NCBI GenBank assembly: GCA_018062515.1
Contig: JAGOSC010000006.1
Span: forward strand, 342 to 64,341
DNA length: 64,000 bases
From: Candidatus Omnitrophota bacterium
GTDB lineage: Bacteria; Omnitrophota; Gorgyraeia; Zapsychrales; Zapsychraceae
Direction of reading: 5' to 3'
How positions within the stretch are numbered: position 1 is the first letter of the stretch; each line of letters begins with the position of its first letter. A program made the position numbers and the translations under genes. Below the pieces are notes generated by a model that worked only from the letters and a program-made list of their open reading frames with translations, made no database searches and was not told where the DNA came from. This document shows, one piece after another, positions 9,304 to 18,883 of the stretch.

Positions 9304-9975
9304 ATGCGCATATTAGTTGCTGAAGATGAAAAAAAACTCGCCAGTTTTATCAAACGCGGGTTAAAAGAAAAAGGTTATGCCGTCGATGTCGTCGGTAATG
9401 GAAACGACGCGCTCTTTCAAGCTGAAAGTAACCCTTATGATTTAATTATTTTGGACATCATGCTTCCGGGAAAGGACGGCTTATTTGTCTGCCGTCAGTT
9501 TCGGAAAAAAAATAATACCATACCGATTTTGATCCTCACCGCGCGCGATGATATAGAAGACAAGGTCACGGGCTTGGACGCGGGAGCGGATGACTATCTG
9601 ACCAAACCTTTTATTTTTGCCGAATTTCTCGCCCGGGTCCGCGCCTTAACTCGTCGGAAAGATTTTGTTAAAACAACGCGGTTGAAAGTGGCGGACTTGG
9701 AGCTGGATCAGGTCGCCCGCCAAGTCACCCGAGGCGGTAAAGTCATTGAGCTTACCAGTACAGAATTTTCCTTATTAGAATATCTCATGCTACATGCCAA
9801 TCAAGTCGTAACTCGCACCATGATTTCGGAACACGTCTGGAACGATGATTTTGACAGCTTTTCCAACGTCATTAATGTTTATGTAAATTATATCCGTAAT
9901 AAAATTAATGACGGTTTTGATAAAAAACTTATTGATTCCATCCGCGGAAGCGGGTACATCTTAAAAGCAGATTAA
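9304..9975 (+). CDS. OmpR-family response regulator (CusR/CopR-like)
   Basis: MRILVAEDEKKLASFIKRGL..DLIILDIMLPGKDG..; winged-helix output domain. Confidence 0.8.
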   Translation: MRILVAEDEKKLASFIKRGLKEKGYAVDVVGNGNDALFQAESNPYDLIILDIMLPGKDGLFVCRQFRKKNNTIPILILTARDDIEDKVTGLDAGADDYLTKPFIFAEFLARVRALTRRKDFVKTTRLKVADLELDQVARQVTRGGKVIELTSTEFSLLEYLMLHANQVVTRTMISEHVWNDDFDSFSNVINVYVNYIRNKINDGFDKKLIDSIRGSGYILKAD

Positions 9976-9976
9976 T

Positions 9977-11458
9977 ATGCAGATTAATTCCATTCGTTTT
10001 AAAGCCAGCATTTTATATTCTTGCCTTTTGGCCGTCATTTTGAGTGCATTCAGCGCCGGAATTTACTTCTGCATAAAGAACATTCTTTATGATGATATCG
10101 ACGAGGAATTACGAATTAAAGCCCAAGAGACGACCAGCATATTATTGGCGTATGAGAAAATCGATTATACCGAAAAACATCCGATTGCGCAGGTTCTGGA
10201 AATGCTCAAACGTAAGGAATTAGGAATGAGTCCTAAGATGATCATTGATGATTTGTGGAGGTCTCAGGTTGAGGCCCTTAATCTCAAGGACGATTTTATT
10301 CATTTAACGGACGCGCATGGTCATGAGGCGCTTAGTTCCGACAACTTTAAGGAAGATATTTATATTTTGTTTAAGGAGGAATTTCCTGTCGCTGGTAATA
10401 AGGTGGCTTATGGTACTATTCAAGATGATCACTATAAGTTAAGAGTTATTACCATGCCGGTTTTATTCAATAATATTCAATTGTATCTCCAGATAGGAAC
10501 ATCGTTGCGGCCTATTGACCATGAGCTCAAGAATATTTTAATTTTTATGATCGGGGCCGTTATTATTTTCTTACTCCTCACCAGTTTCGTCGGAGGTATT
10601 TTTGCTAATCATGCACTTAAGCCTGTCGAACAGGTGTCTTTTCTAGCAGATTCAATAACTCATAAAAATTTAAGCGAGCGTATTAAAGGACTGCAGACCG
10701 ACGAGGAAATGAGACATCTAGTCAACTCTTTTAACGGTTTGATTGGGCGGTTGGAAAAATCATTCGGACATATCAATGAATTTAGTTCGTATGCCGCGCA
10801 TGAACTTAAAACTCCTCTGGCCATTATTCGCGGTGAAATTGAATTAGCGCTCGACGGGGAGAGAGATACTAGTCAGTACCGGCAGGTTTTACAGGGATGT
10901 CTAGAAGAAACGGATCGCCTCATAAAGGTGATTAAAGATTTATTACTGCTAGCAAGACTGGATTATAAGCCTGAAGTATTCGTTTTCGAAGAGTTGAATA
11001 TGGCAGATTTTCTAACAGAAATTCATGAACAAAGTAGAATTTTGGCGGAACAAAAGAATATTGCCGTTGATCTTAGTTTACCTACGGATAAAGTCATCAT
11101 TAAGGCTGACAAGGTTCACCTGCGGCGACTGTTTCATAATATTATTCATAATGCCATCAAGTTCACGCCTCCCGGGAAAACAATTGCGCTGAATGCAAAA
11201 ATTCAGGATAAAAGATTTCTCGTAGATGTAACGGATACCGGCGATGGAATATCAGAGGAAAATTTGAAGTTAGTATTTGAGAAATTCTTTCGTGTTCATA
11301 AAGATGATGATAAATCGGATCCCGGAACGGGTTTAGGTTTAAGCATAGCGTCATCCATTGCGAAAGCTCATGGCGGAAATATCACCGTGCAGAGTCAACT
11401 AGGCGTAGGCACAACCTTCGTTATTATCCTTCCCCTCCCATCTAAGCAAGCTTCCTAA
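9977..11458 (+). CDS. Membrane sensor histidine kinase (CusS/BaeS-like: 2 TM, periplasmic loop, HAMP, HisKA, HATPase)
   Basis: TM1 at residues ~15-35, second TM at ~190-210. H-box SSYAAHELKTPLAIIRGEIE; N/G boxes HNAIKFTPPGK, DTGDGIS, GTGLGLSIA. Starts 1 nt after the regulator stop. Confidence 0.8.
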   Translation: MQINSIRFKASILYSCLLAVILSAFSAGIYFCIKNILYDDIDEELRIKAQETTSILLAYEKIDYTEKHPIAQVLEMLKRKELGMSPKMIIDDLWRSQVEALNLKDDFIHLTDAHGHEALSSDNFKEDIYILFKEEFPVAGNKVAYGTIQDDHYKLRVITMPVLFNNIQLYLQIGTSLRPIDHELKNILIFMIGAVIIFLLLTSFVGGIFANHALKPVEQVSFLADSITHKNLSERIKGLQTDEEMRHLVNSFNGLIGRLEKSFGHINEFSSYAAHELKTPLAIIRGEIELALDGERDTSQYRQVLQGCLEETDRLIKVIKDLLLLARLDYKPEVFVFEELNMADFLTEIHEQSRILAEQKNIAVDLSLPTDKVIIKADKVHLRRLFHNIIHNAIKFTPPGKTIALNAKIQDKRFLVDVTDTGDGISEENLKLVFEKFFRVHKDDDKSDPGTGLGLSIASSIAKAHGGNITVQSQLGVGTTFVIILPLPSKQAS

Positions 11459-11543
11459 TAATTAGAAAGTTTTAATCTTCAATTAATCTTCTTTTAATAG
11501 AAGAAATGTTATAAAAGAATCAACAATTCAATGGGAGATTTTT

Positions 11544-11915
11544 ATGCCAACCATAATGATCGTTGACGACGAAGAACGGATTAGGAAAATGTACCGCCTG
11601 CTTTTTGAGCAAGAAGGCTATACGGTTATAACAGCGTCGAATATTAATGATGCCCGTCGGTTTTTGAAAATAATCCAAGTTAATTTGGTGTTGCTGGATA
11701 TCAATATGGGTGAATTTAGTGGTGATATTTTATACGAAATCATCCAGTGTTTTCATCCCGGAACCAAATTGATTGTTTCCAGCGTTTATTCGATCGACGA
11801 TCAAAGAAGTATTATGCCCAAGGCGGATGATTATTTTGACAAATCTGAAGGCAATAAAAAATTATTGGATAAAGTACGGGATGTTATTGGCCAAGACCGG
11901 GCCCACTGGAATTAA
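11544..11915 (+). CDS. Stand-alone response-regulator receiver domain (CheY-like)
   Basis: 123 aa; DD pair (IVDDEE), phospho-acceptor D in LVLLDINMGE, conserved S/T and K present; no output domain. Confidence 0.7.
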   Translation: MPTIMIVDDEERIRKMYRLLFEQEGYTVITASNINDARRFLKIIQVNLVLLDINMGEFSGDILYEIIQCFHPGTKLIVSSVYSIDDQRSIMPKADDYFDKSEGNKKLLDKVRDVIGQDRAHWN

Positions 11916-12542
11916 TTGAAGGAGAAAGGAGTGATGACGATGAAAAAAACAGGATTAATCATGTTAACATCTGCTGTCATTCTAACAGGAATGAATTCTT
12001 TTCCAGGAGTGACGACGGCAGAAGAAAGTGTCAGCGCTTTAAAAGAGCAGATTGAAGCGCTTCAAAAACGCGTTGATGAATTGGAATCATCGCAGAATTC
12101 ATTGACGACGCCAGCGCAAATTCGGCAAGACCGCTGGGATCCGCTAGAAGAGATGTCCCGTATGCAGCAGGAAATGAATCGGATGTTTCAGCAGTCTTTT
12201 TCTCAGCCTGGGTTTTCCGGACGCAATGGTTTACTGAATAGTCAAATGTCTTATGATGAAGATTTTGTCATTGAAGATGAAAAGGACCATTATTTGATCA
12301 GCCTTGACATTAAAGATTATGACAAAGATAAAATTGATATCCAAATCGACCAGCAGTCCGTCACCATATCTGGCCAACAAACCGCCCAATCAGAAGATAA
12401 GTCTCAAAATGGCTATTACAGCTCCCGCACGTACGGTTCATTTTTAAGAACACTTCCTCTTCCAGTCGACGCGGATACCGCAAAAGTACAAACCAAACAA
12501 GAAGGAGGTAAGCTTATAATAACAATTCCCAAAAAAACTTGA
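11916..12542 (+). CDS. Hsp20/alpha-crystallin-family small heat-shock protein with N-terminal signal peptide (predicted periplasmic)
   Basis: Hydrophobic h-region MKKTGLIMLTSAVILTGMNSF. C-terminal alpha-crystallin domain (..DHYLISLDIKDYDKDKIDIQID..SFLRTLPLPVDADTAKV..GKLIITIPKK). The true start may be an internal Met at 11934 or 11940. Confidence 0.65.
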   Translation: MKEKGVMTMKKTGLIMLTSAVILTGMNSFPGVTTAEESVSALKEQIEALQKRVDELESSQNSLTTPAQIRQDRWDPLEEMSRMQQEMNRMFQQSFSQPGFSGRNGLLNSQMSYDEDFVIEDEKDHYLISLDIKDYDKDKIDIQIDQQSVTISGQQTAQSEDKSQNGYYSSRTYGSFLRTLPLPVDADTAKVQTKQEGGKLIITIPKKT

Positions 12543-12569
12543 GGTTAGAGCGATCACCCTTATAAAAAA

Positions 12570-12604
12570 GGCAGACACTTATATTCTGGTGTCTGCTTTT
12601 TTTT
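12570..12604 (+). terminator. Intrinsic terminator
   Basis: gcagacac-ttatattctg-gtgtctgc followed by a T-run of 9. Confidence 0.75.
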
Positions 12605-12675
12605 GTTTTTCAAAATGTGCAAACGTTGACAATTCGGTGCAGTTTGTTATATTTGGTTAGTAAAAGGAAAATAAA

Positions 12676-13326
12676 ATGTGGCAAAGTGTATTACATAATC
12701 TAAAACTTGTCTGGACCGCCCGCGGTTTGGGTTGGAAACGGTTAAAGAAAATTATCCACATCGCATGGCATTATGAAAAACTCGACGGTGAAGTGCGGAC
12801 TTTTCGTAAAAAATCAAAAGTTTCGTGTATCAAAGGTTGTGGTAAATGTTGCGAGAATGTTTATTTAGAAACGTCGACCATCGAATTACTGCCGTTAGCA
12901 TTGGTTCTGTGGAACCGGCCTAAACGGGACTTATGGCTGAGGAAATTAAAGAAACTTCCGTCGGAAGGCCGATGTGTGTTCTATCAGAAATCTTTGGCTG
13001 GCCCCGGACAGGGACGCTGCCGGATTTATCATTTGCGCCCATTAATGTGCCGATTGTTTGGTTATGCCGCAAAAAAAAATAAGTTTGGAAATAAACAATG
13101 GGTTCTCTGCAATCCACTTAAAGGGCTTTTGGGCATGAAATATGTTGAGTTATCTTATGCCATCAACAAAGACCTTTCAATTCCTTCCGCTAATGATTAT
13201 CGGATGAAAATCCAGCAAGTCGCCTCGGGATCGGAAGCCAGGCTGCAAGCCTTACCAGATGCATTGTATGACGCCATGTCTGTTGTCTCTCTTTTAGGAC
13301 CTAAATTTAAAAATCAGAAAAGTTAA
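12676..13326 (+). CDS. YkgJ/UPF0153-family putative Zn/Fe-S-binding protein (Cys-cluster CxxxCxxCC)
   Basis: CIKGCGKCCENVY motif plus downstream Cys residues (GRCVFY, GRCRIYHLRPLMC), typical of PF03692-like proteins. Confidence 0.55.
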   Translation: MWQSVLHNLKLVWTARGLGWKRLKKIIHIAWHYEKLDGEVRTFRKKSKVSCIKGCGKCCENVYLETSTIELLPLALVLWNRPKRDLWLRKLKKLPSEGRCVFYQKSLAGPGQGRCRIYHLRPLMCRLFGYAAKKNKFGNKQWVLCNPLKGLLGMKYVELSYAINKDLSIPSANDYRMKIQQVASGSEARLQALPDALYDAMSVVSLLGPKFKNQKS

Positions 13327-13426
13327 TATTTTGCGGGAAGCTGGACAAAATGATTTGTCGAGGGATGGCAAAATATTCCATTCCAGCCTTATATAATATT
13401 TGATGTTATGGTAAAATAAAAAAATT

Positions 13427-15085
13427 ATGGAAATATTGCTGCCGAAATTCTTCACTTTATTCAAGGAAAAGTATACATTTTCCGATTTTGTACGGGATGG
13501 TTTAGCCGGGATTGTCGTCGGGATTGTTGCCCTGCCATTATCCATCGCCTTTGCGATTGCCTCCGGCGTTAAACCAGAGCAGGGCTTATATACAGCTATT
13601 GTCGCCGGGTTTATTATTTCTCTCCTGAGCGGAAGCCGGGTCCAGATTGGCGGTCCGACTGGCGCTTTTGTTGTCATTGTCTATGGTATTGTTCAGAAAT
13701 ACGGTTATGATGGTTTGGTAGTCGCTACATTGATGGCTGGAGTCATATTGATCATCATGGGATTAGCAAGATTTGGCCGTCTAATCGAATTTATCCCGTA
13801 CCCTATCACCGTCGGATTCACGAGCGGTATTGCTGTGATTATATTTACCGCCCAATTGCAGAATTTTTTAGGAATAACACTCGCCGATTCATCGCCAGAA
13901 TTTATCCATAAAATTTATGCCATATGGACCCATCTTGATATCGTTAATTTTTGGTCGGTCTTGATTGGAGTTATAACCATCGGTATCATTCTTCTTACGC
14001 CCCATTTATTTAAAAAAATTCCTGGGTCAATTGTGGCCATTGTCGTAACAACCGTATTAGTGGCCGTTTTTCATTTTCCGGTAGAAACGATTTATATGCG
14101 TTTTGGTGATATTCCCAGCACTTTACCGCCGGTGCATATTCCAGTGTTTGATTGGCCTATGATTAAAGCGCTGATTATGCCGGCGTCGACGATTGCGTTA
14201 TTGGCAGGGCTTGAATCTTTATTATCAGCGGTGGTGGCTGATGGGATGACGGGTTTCCGGCATCGATCGAATATGGAATTGATCGCCCAAGGCGCGGCGA
14301 ATATCGGGTCGGCGCTGTTCGGCGGTATTCCCGCGACGGGTGCTATCGCGCGCACGGCGACCAACATCAAAAACGGCGGACGCAGCCCCGTCGCCGGACT
14401 AGTCCATGCCATCACGTTACTATTTATTCTTCTTATGTTCGGGAAATGGGCGGCATTAATACCGATTCCGACGCTGGCAGCCATATTGATCATTGTTGCC
14501 TACAATATGAGCGAGTGGAGAATGTTTGTTAAACTTTTTAAAACTCCCCTGAGTGATATTCTCGTGCTATTAACAACATTTTTGCTGACTGTTTTTGTTG
14601 ACCTAACGGTGGCCATACAGGTTGGGGTTGTCTTGGCCGCTTTTTTATTTATGAAGCGTATGGTTGAGATTACGGACATTGAACACATTTCCTTGAATAT
14701 TGGAATGGGAGATCCCGAAGAATCAAAAGATAATATGGCCGTGGATATTCCAGCAGATGTGGCTATCTTTGAAATTAATGGTCCGTTCTTTTTCGGCGCA
14801 GCGAGTAAATTTACAACTGTTCTTAAAGAGATCCAGGAAGGCAAGAAGGTTTTGATTCTGAAAATGGACCATGTCCCGATTATTGACGCGACCGGTTTGC
14901 GGGCCTTTGAAGACATTGTTGATAAGATAAAGAAGAAAAATGGCGGAATTGTCCTTTCAGGTATAAAATCACAACCGCTCGACGTGTTGAAGAAATACCG
15001 ACTGAATGAAAAGATAGGAGAGGAAAATATCTGCAAGGATATGGACGAGGCTTTGGCGCGAGCTAAATATTTATTTAACCATTAA
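13427..15085 (+). CDS. SulP-family anion transporter with C-terminal STAS domain
   Basis: 552 aa; SulP signature region (..GLAGIVVGIVALPLSIAFAIASGV..GLYTAIVAGFI..SLLSGSRVQIGGPTGAF..); C-terminal ~130 aa soluble STAS-like domain. Confidence 0.85.
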   Translation: MEILLPKFFTLFKEKYTFSDFVRDGLAGIVVGIVALPLSIAFAIASGVKPEQGLYTAIVAGFIISLLSGSRVQIGGPTGAFVVIVYGIVQKYGYDGLVVATLMAGVILIIMGLARFGRLIEFIPYPITVGFTSGIAVIIFTAQLQNFLGITLADSSPEFIHKIYAIWTHLDIVNFWSVLIGVITIGIILLTPHLFKKIPGSIVAIVVTTVLVAVFHFPVETIYMRFGDIPSTLPPVHIPVFDWPMIKALIMPASTIALLAGLESLLSAVVADGMTGFRHRSNMELIAQGAANIGSALFGGIPATGAIARTATNIKNGGRSPVAGLVHAITLLFILLMFGKWAALIPIPTLAAILIIVAYNMSEWRMFVKLFKTPLSDILVLLTTFLLTVFVDLTVAIQVGVVLAAFLFMKRMVEITDIEHISLNIGMGDPEESKDNMAVDIPADVAIFEINGPFFFGAASKFTTVLKEIQEGKKVLILKMDHVPIIDATGLRAFEDIVDKIKKKNGGIVLSGIKSQPLDVLKKYRLNEKIGEENICKDMDEALARAKYLFNH

Positions 15086-15106
15086 ACAAATCTAAAGGAT
15101 CTTTCA

Positions 15107-16075
15107 ATGAAAAGTTTTTTTGAAATCAAGGATGGCTGTGTTGTCCTCAGTAATGAAGAGGCCGGAAAAATCGTCGTTTATGCCCTGCCTAATGAAGCTG
15201 AAAAAAAAGAATTAATCGAAACTTTAAAGATCGACCAGCATACCGTTGAATCAGCTCTTGACCCGGATGAAATTTCTCGCGTCGAATTCTTAAGTCATTA
15301 CCTTTCGATCATTTGGAAACGTCCGAACACGTTCGCGTTTAAAGAACAAATGTCTTTCGAAGTCTCGTCGCTGGGGATTTTCCTCAATAAGGAAAAAGTA
15401 ACTTTGGTTTTAGGCGAAAGTACTATTCCGTTTTCTTCAAAAGAGTTTCATGGTGTTACGTCATTGAATAGCTTCGTTCTACGATTTTTGCTGCAGACGA
15501 TTCATCATTTTTTGGGCCACCTCAAAGGCATTCGATTAATCAATGCTGAGCTTCAGTCCAAATTGAATATGTCGATGGAGAATCTATATTTGTTGCAAAT
15601 GTTTAATTTAAACGAAAGTTTAATTTATTACCTCAACGCGCTTGAAGCCAATGCCTCGGCGCTGGTAAAACTAAGAAATAACGTCGAACGAGTGGGATTT
15701 TCGAAAGAAGAACAGGAAATGCTCGACGATATTATGATCGAACACCAACAATGTAGTAAACAAACACAGATTTATTCAGATGTTCTTTCTGGACTCATGG
15801 ACGCGCGGGGAAATATTATAAATAACAACATGAATATTTTTCTTAAGAATTTGACCCTGATCAACGTGGTATTTCTGCCCCTTAACCTCATCGCCGGTGT
15901 AGGAGGTATGTCGGAGTACACGCGCATTACAGAAAATGTGATGAACTGGGAGCTGGCTTATGGTTTATTTTTTATCGCCATGATTGCATTGGGATTTTTG
16001 ACCTGGTATTTCCTCGTCAAACAGCTTAATCATCAAAAAATTATTAAACGCAAGAACCCGCGAAAAAGTCCTTAA
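15107..16075 (+). CDS. CorA-like divalent-cation transporter (GMN motif replaced by GMS)
   Basis: Soluble N-domain followed by 2 TM; ..FLPLNLIAGVGGMSEYTR.. aligns with the CorA YGMNF loop. Confidence 0.65.
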   Translation: MKSFFEIKDGCVVLSNEEAGKIVVYALPNEAEKKELIETLKIDQHTVESALDPDEISRVEFLSHYLSIIWKRPNTFAFKEQMSFEVSSLGIFLNKEKVTLVLGESTIPFSSKEFHGVTSLNSFVLRFLLQTIHHFLGHLKGIRLINAELQSKLNMSMENLYLLQMFNLNESLIYYLNALEANASALVKLRNNVERVGFSKEEQEMLDDIMIEHQQCSKQTQIYSDVLSGLMDARGNIINNNMNIFLKNLTLINVVFLPLNLIAGVGGMSEYTRITENVMNWELAYGLFFIAMIALGFLTWYFLVKQLNHQKIIKRKNPRKSP

Positions 16076-16085
16076 GGAAGCCATT

Positions 16086-16271
16086 TTGAAGTCTAAACCT
16101 TTAGTTGTCAGCATTTTAGCCGTTATAGGCGTAATCATTCTTTTGCAAAATACTCGAATCGTTTCATTTCATATTCTTTTTTGGAAGGTGACCATGTCGG
16201 GAATCATTTTCTTCGTTATACTGCTTACCATTGGTTTTATCGTCGGATATTGGTCGGGCCGAAAACGTTAA
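16086..16271 (+). CDS. Small membrane protein, LapA/DUF1049-like (TTG start)
   Basis: 61 aa, two TM helices, C-terminal GYWSGRKR resembles LapA-family inner-membrane proteins; weak. Confidence 0.35.
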   Translation: MKSKPLVVSILAVIGVIILLQNTRIVSFHILFWKVTMSGIIFFVILLTIGFIVGYWSGRKR

Positions 16272-16368
16272 AAATACAGAGAATAGACAGTTGAATATTG
16301 GGTAAATTAATCTTATACTTAATACAATCATTTTTTAGTGATTGTAACCATATTCAGGAGGGCAAGGA

Positions 16369-16794
16369 ATGAGGATGATTCCTAGAGTTAAGGATTTTAT
16401 GACGAAACAGCCGTACACCATCACGGAGCAGACATCCATTGCTGAGGCTGATAAAATCATGAAAAAATATAACATTCGGCATTTGCCGGTGGTAACCAAT
16501 AATAAAGTTGTAGGAATGGTTTCCGACCGGGATTTAAAATCTGCCAATAGTGTTAAAGCCTCGCCCTTAACCCTTCAAGTTAAATATCTGTATCACGAAA
16601 AACCGTATTCGGTGGATCCCAACACTACGCTGGATGAGGTCGCCAAAGAAATGGCTAAGCACCATTATGGAAGTGCGATCATCGTCAAAGATGATCAGCT
16701 TGTCGGAATTTTCACGACGGTTGATGCCTGCAAGGCATTGGCATTCTTATTGGAATCCTATCATTTGGGTGGCGGCGACGAACAAGATGATTAG
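16369..16794 (+). CDS. CBS-domain pair protein
   Basis: Two CBS motifs (..IRHLPVVTNNKVVGMVSDRDL.. and ..HHYGSAIIVKDDQLVGIFTTVD..). RBS GGAGGG upstream. Confidence 0.75.
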   Translation: MRMIPRVKDFMTKQPYTITEQTSIAEADKIMKKYNIRHLPVVTNNKVVGMVSDRDLKSANSVKASPLTLQVKYLYHEKPYSVDPNTTLDEVAKEMAKHHYGSAIIVKDDQLVGIFTTVDACKALAFLLESYHLGGGDEQDD

Positions 16795-16863
16795 TTTCGT
16801 TTCCCGTTAAATTTTTTACCTTCTGCACAGAGTCATCAAAAAATCTTGTGAGTATTTGAAATA

Positions 16864-18312
16864 ATGAATATATCTGATATTTCTTCCATTCTAGAATACG
16901 CGACCGAAAGGGAAGCCTCCGACGTTCATTTGATCGCCCACCAAGCTCCTATTTTCAGAATCCATGGAGATTTGACACAAATGGAGGGTGAACAGTACAC
17001 GCCCGCGCGATTAGAAAAGCTTCTTATGAGCATGCTATCCCACGAGCAAAAAGAGGCTTTTCTTAGAATCAAAGAATTGGATTTCTCGTATTCGTTTCAG
17101 GAAAAATATCAATTACGGATTAATCTGCATTACAGCGAAGGGAATGTCGCGGCGGCCATTCGTATTACGCCAGCTTTTATTCGGCCTTATCAAGAATTAA
17201 ATTTACATCCGATTGTTAAGAAATTGGCGCAAACCCGAAAAGGCATCATTATATTGTCAGGAACAGCGGGCAGCGGGAAAAGTACGACGATGAATTGTAT
17301 TTTGGACATGATCAATCAGGAACGAAAAAGTAAAATCGTCACCATCGAAGACCCGATTGAATATCATCATAAATCTAAACAAAGTTATTTCATCCAAAGA
17401 GAAGTCGGTAAAGACACGGAAAGCTTTACCAATGCATTGAAATACGCTTTACGGCAGGATCCGGACGTGGTGTGTATCGGCGAGTTAAGAGATTTGGAGT
17501 CGATGCGTATAGCCTTGACCACGGCGGAAACCGGCCATTTGGTCATTACGACAGTCCATGCCTCAGATTCTATCGGTACACTTAATCGTATTGTTTCCGT
17601 TTTTCCGATGGGTTTTCGCGAGGAGGTTCTAGCGCAATTGGCGTCGAATCTCGTCGCTGTCATTTACCAGACTTTACTTCCCCTTAAAAATGAAAACCGC
17701 CGCATTTTGGCGACGGAAATTATGCTGGGAACCATGGCGGTGCAAAACTTAATCCGACGCAATGATTTTAAGGAAATCCGTGGATTGCTCGACGCTGGTG
17801 AGACGGAAGGTATGTATTCGTTGGAAGTTTGCTTAGCAAATTTATATAAGGAAGATTTGATTAGTTACGAAACCGCTAGTGAAAACGCGAATTATCAACA
17901 TTGCCAAAAGTTGAAAGAGGCGCTTAATTCCAAAAGCAAAAAATTAAATTTTGTCATTCTCGACCAGAATATCAATGAGATAAAGTTGATGGGGAATGCT
18001 TTAAGTAAGACATACAAGGGAGAAGTTTTATTTTCCGAGACAATCAAAGAGGGATTGCCTCTTATCCAGAAGGAAAAGCCCGACGTGGTTGTTCTGGGTG
18101 CTTATCTAAAAGACATGAATGGTTTTGATGCCTGTAAGAAAATCAAAGATATGAAAGACGTTCAATCCAAAATAATTTTAATTAGTTCCAGTTATCAACC
18201 CAGCTATTCCGTCGATGCGCAAAACGCCGGGGCAAATGACTTTGTGGTCAAGACGCAGGATTATCATTTATTGATCGACGCTATCAATAAACTTTTCACT
18301 GATCAAAAATAA
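16864..18312 (+). CDS. pilT: PilT-type retraction/secretion ATPase fused to a C-terminal receiver-like domain (acceptor Asp replaced by Gly)
   Basis: N-terminal ~345 aa PilT/PilU fold with Walker A GTAGSGKST, Asp box and His box region. C-terminal ~125 aa has a receiver fold, but the DD pocket reads DQ and the acceptor position reads VVLGAYL; the conserved S/T and K are retained. Confidence 0.7.
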   Translation: MNISDISSILEYATEREASDVHLIAHQAPIFRIHGDLTQMEGEQYTPARLEKLLMSMLSHEQKEAFLRIKELDFSYSFQEKYQLRINLHYSEGNVAAAIRITPAFIRPYQELNLHPIVKKLAQTRKGIIILSGTAGSGKSTTMNCILDMINQERKSKIVTIEDPIEYHHKSKQSYFIQREVGKDTESFTNALKYALRQDPDVVCIGELRDLESMRIALTTAETGHLVITTVHASDSIGTLNRIVSVFPMGFREEVLAQLASNLVAVIYQTLLPLKNENRRILATEIMLGTMAVQNLIRRNDFKEIRGLLDAGETEGMYSLEVCLANLYKEDLISYETASENANYQHCQKLKEALNSKSKKLNFVILDQNINEIKLMGNALSKTYKGEVLFSETIKEGLPLIQKEKPDVVVLGAYLKDMNGFDACKKIKDMKDVQSKIILISSSYQPSYSVDAQNAGANDFVVKTQDYHLLIDAINKLFTDQK

Positions 18313-18330
18313 GTCTATCCATTATATCTT

Positions 18331-18816
18331 TTAAATTGCAGTTTTAAATTCAAACATTTTGGGGTGAAGCCGCTCTTTGTCAGCGTGTTCGAGAAATTTA
18401 TTGACGACACGTTTTATATGGGTTGTTGTTTTTAACAAATACCAAGGTTTATCTTCCCCTTTTATATCCAATCGGCTGTAACTTAAGTGCACTACCTCTC
18501 TGGATCGACGCCGATTGAACTTTCGAAAATAACGGTCGTAGGACGGTAAGGCGGATTTCCATCGTTTTACATCTTTTATATAATGAATGGCCTTGGCGTC
18601 GTCGGCTTTCATTTGCGGCATATAAAAAAAATCAATGATTATCTGCGTGTGAATGACGGCCGCTTCTAAAAGCGCGTTATAAATATAGAAATCAGACACC
18701 TTTTTTTCCTGGCTCAACAGATCAACAATTCCGTATAACATCTTGATCTCGTAAAACAAATGTTCTCCGGAAAATTCAATTAATTGTTCGTCAGTTATAT
18801 TTTTGTATTGGCCCAT
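18331..18816 (-). CDS. Hypothetical protein, lone minus-strand gene between plus-strand genes
   Basis: 161 aa clean ORF; no recognisable motifs; start ATG with an A-rich upstream region. Confidence 0.4.
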   Translation of the reverse strand: MGQYKNITDEQLIEFSGEHLFYEIKMLYGIVDLLSQEKKVSDFYIYNALLEAAVIHTQIIIDFFYMPQMKADDAKAIHYIKDVKRWKSALPSYDRYFRKFNRRRSREVVHLSYSRLDIKGEDKPWYLLKTTTHIKRVVNKFLEHADKERLHPKMFEFKTAI

Positions 18817-18883
18817 GATTTTATTTTATGATGAGAAATCTAAAAAACAAGAATGTTGACTAAAAAATGAAAGGAATGATTTT

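Noticed and set aside
14092-15036. Two minus-strand ORFs (133 and 178 aa) inside the SulP gene
   Set aside because: Antisense to a well-conserved transporter gene.
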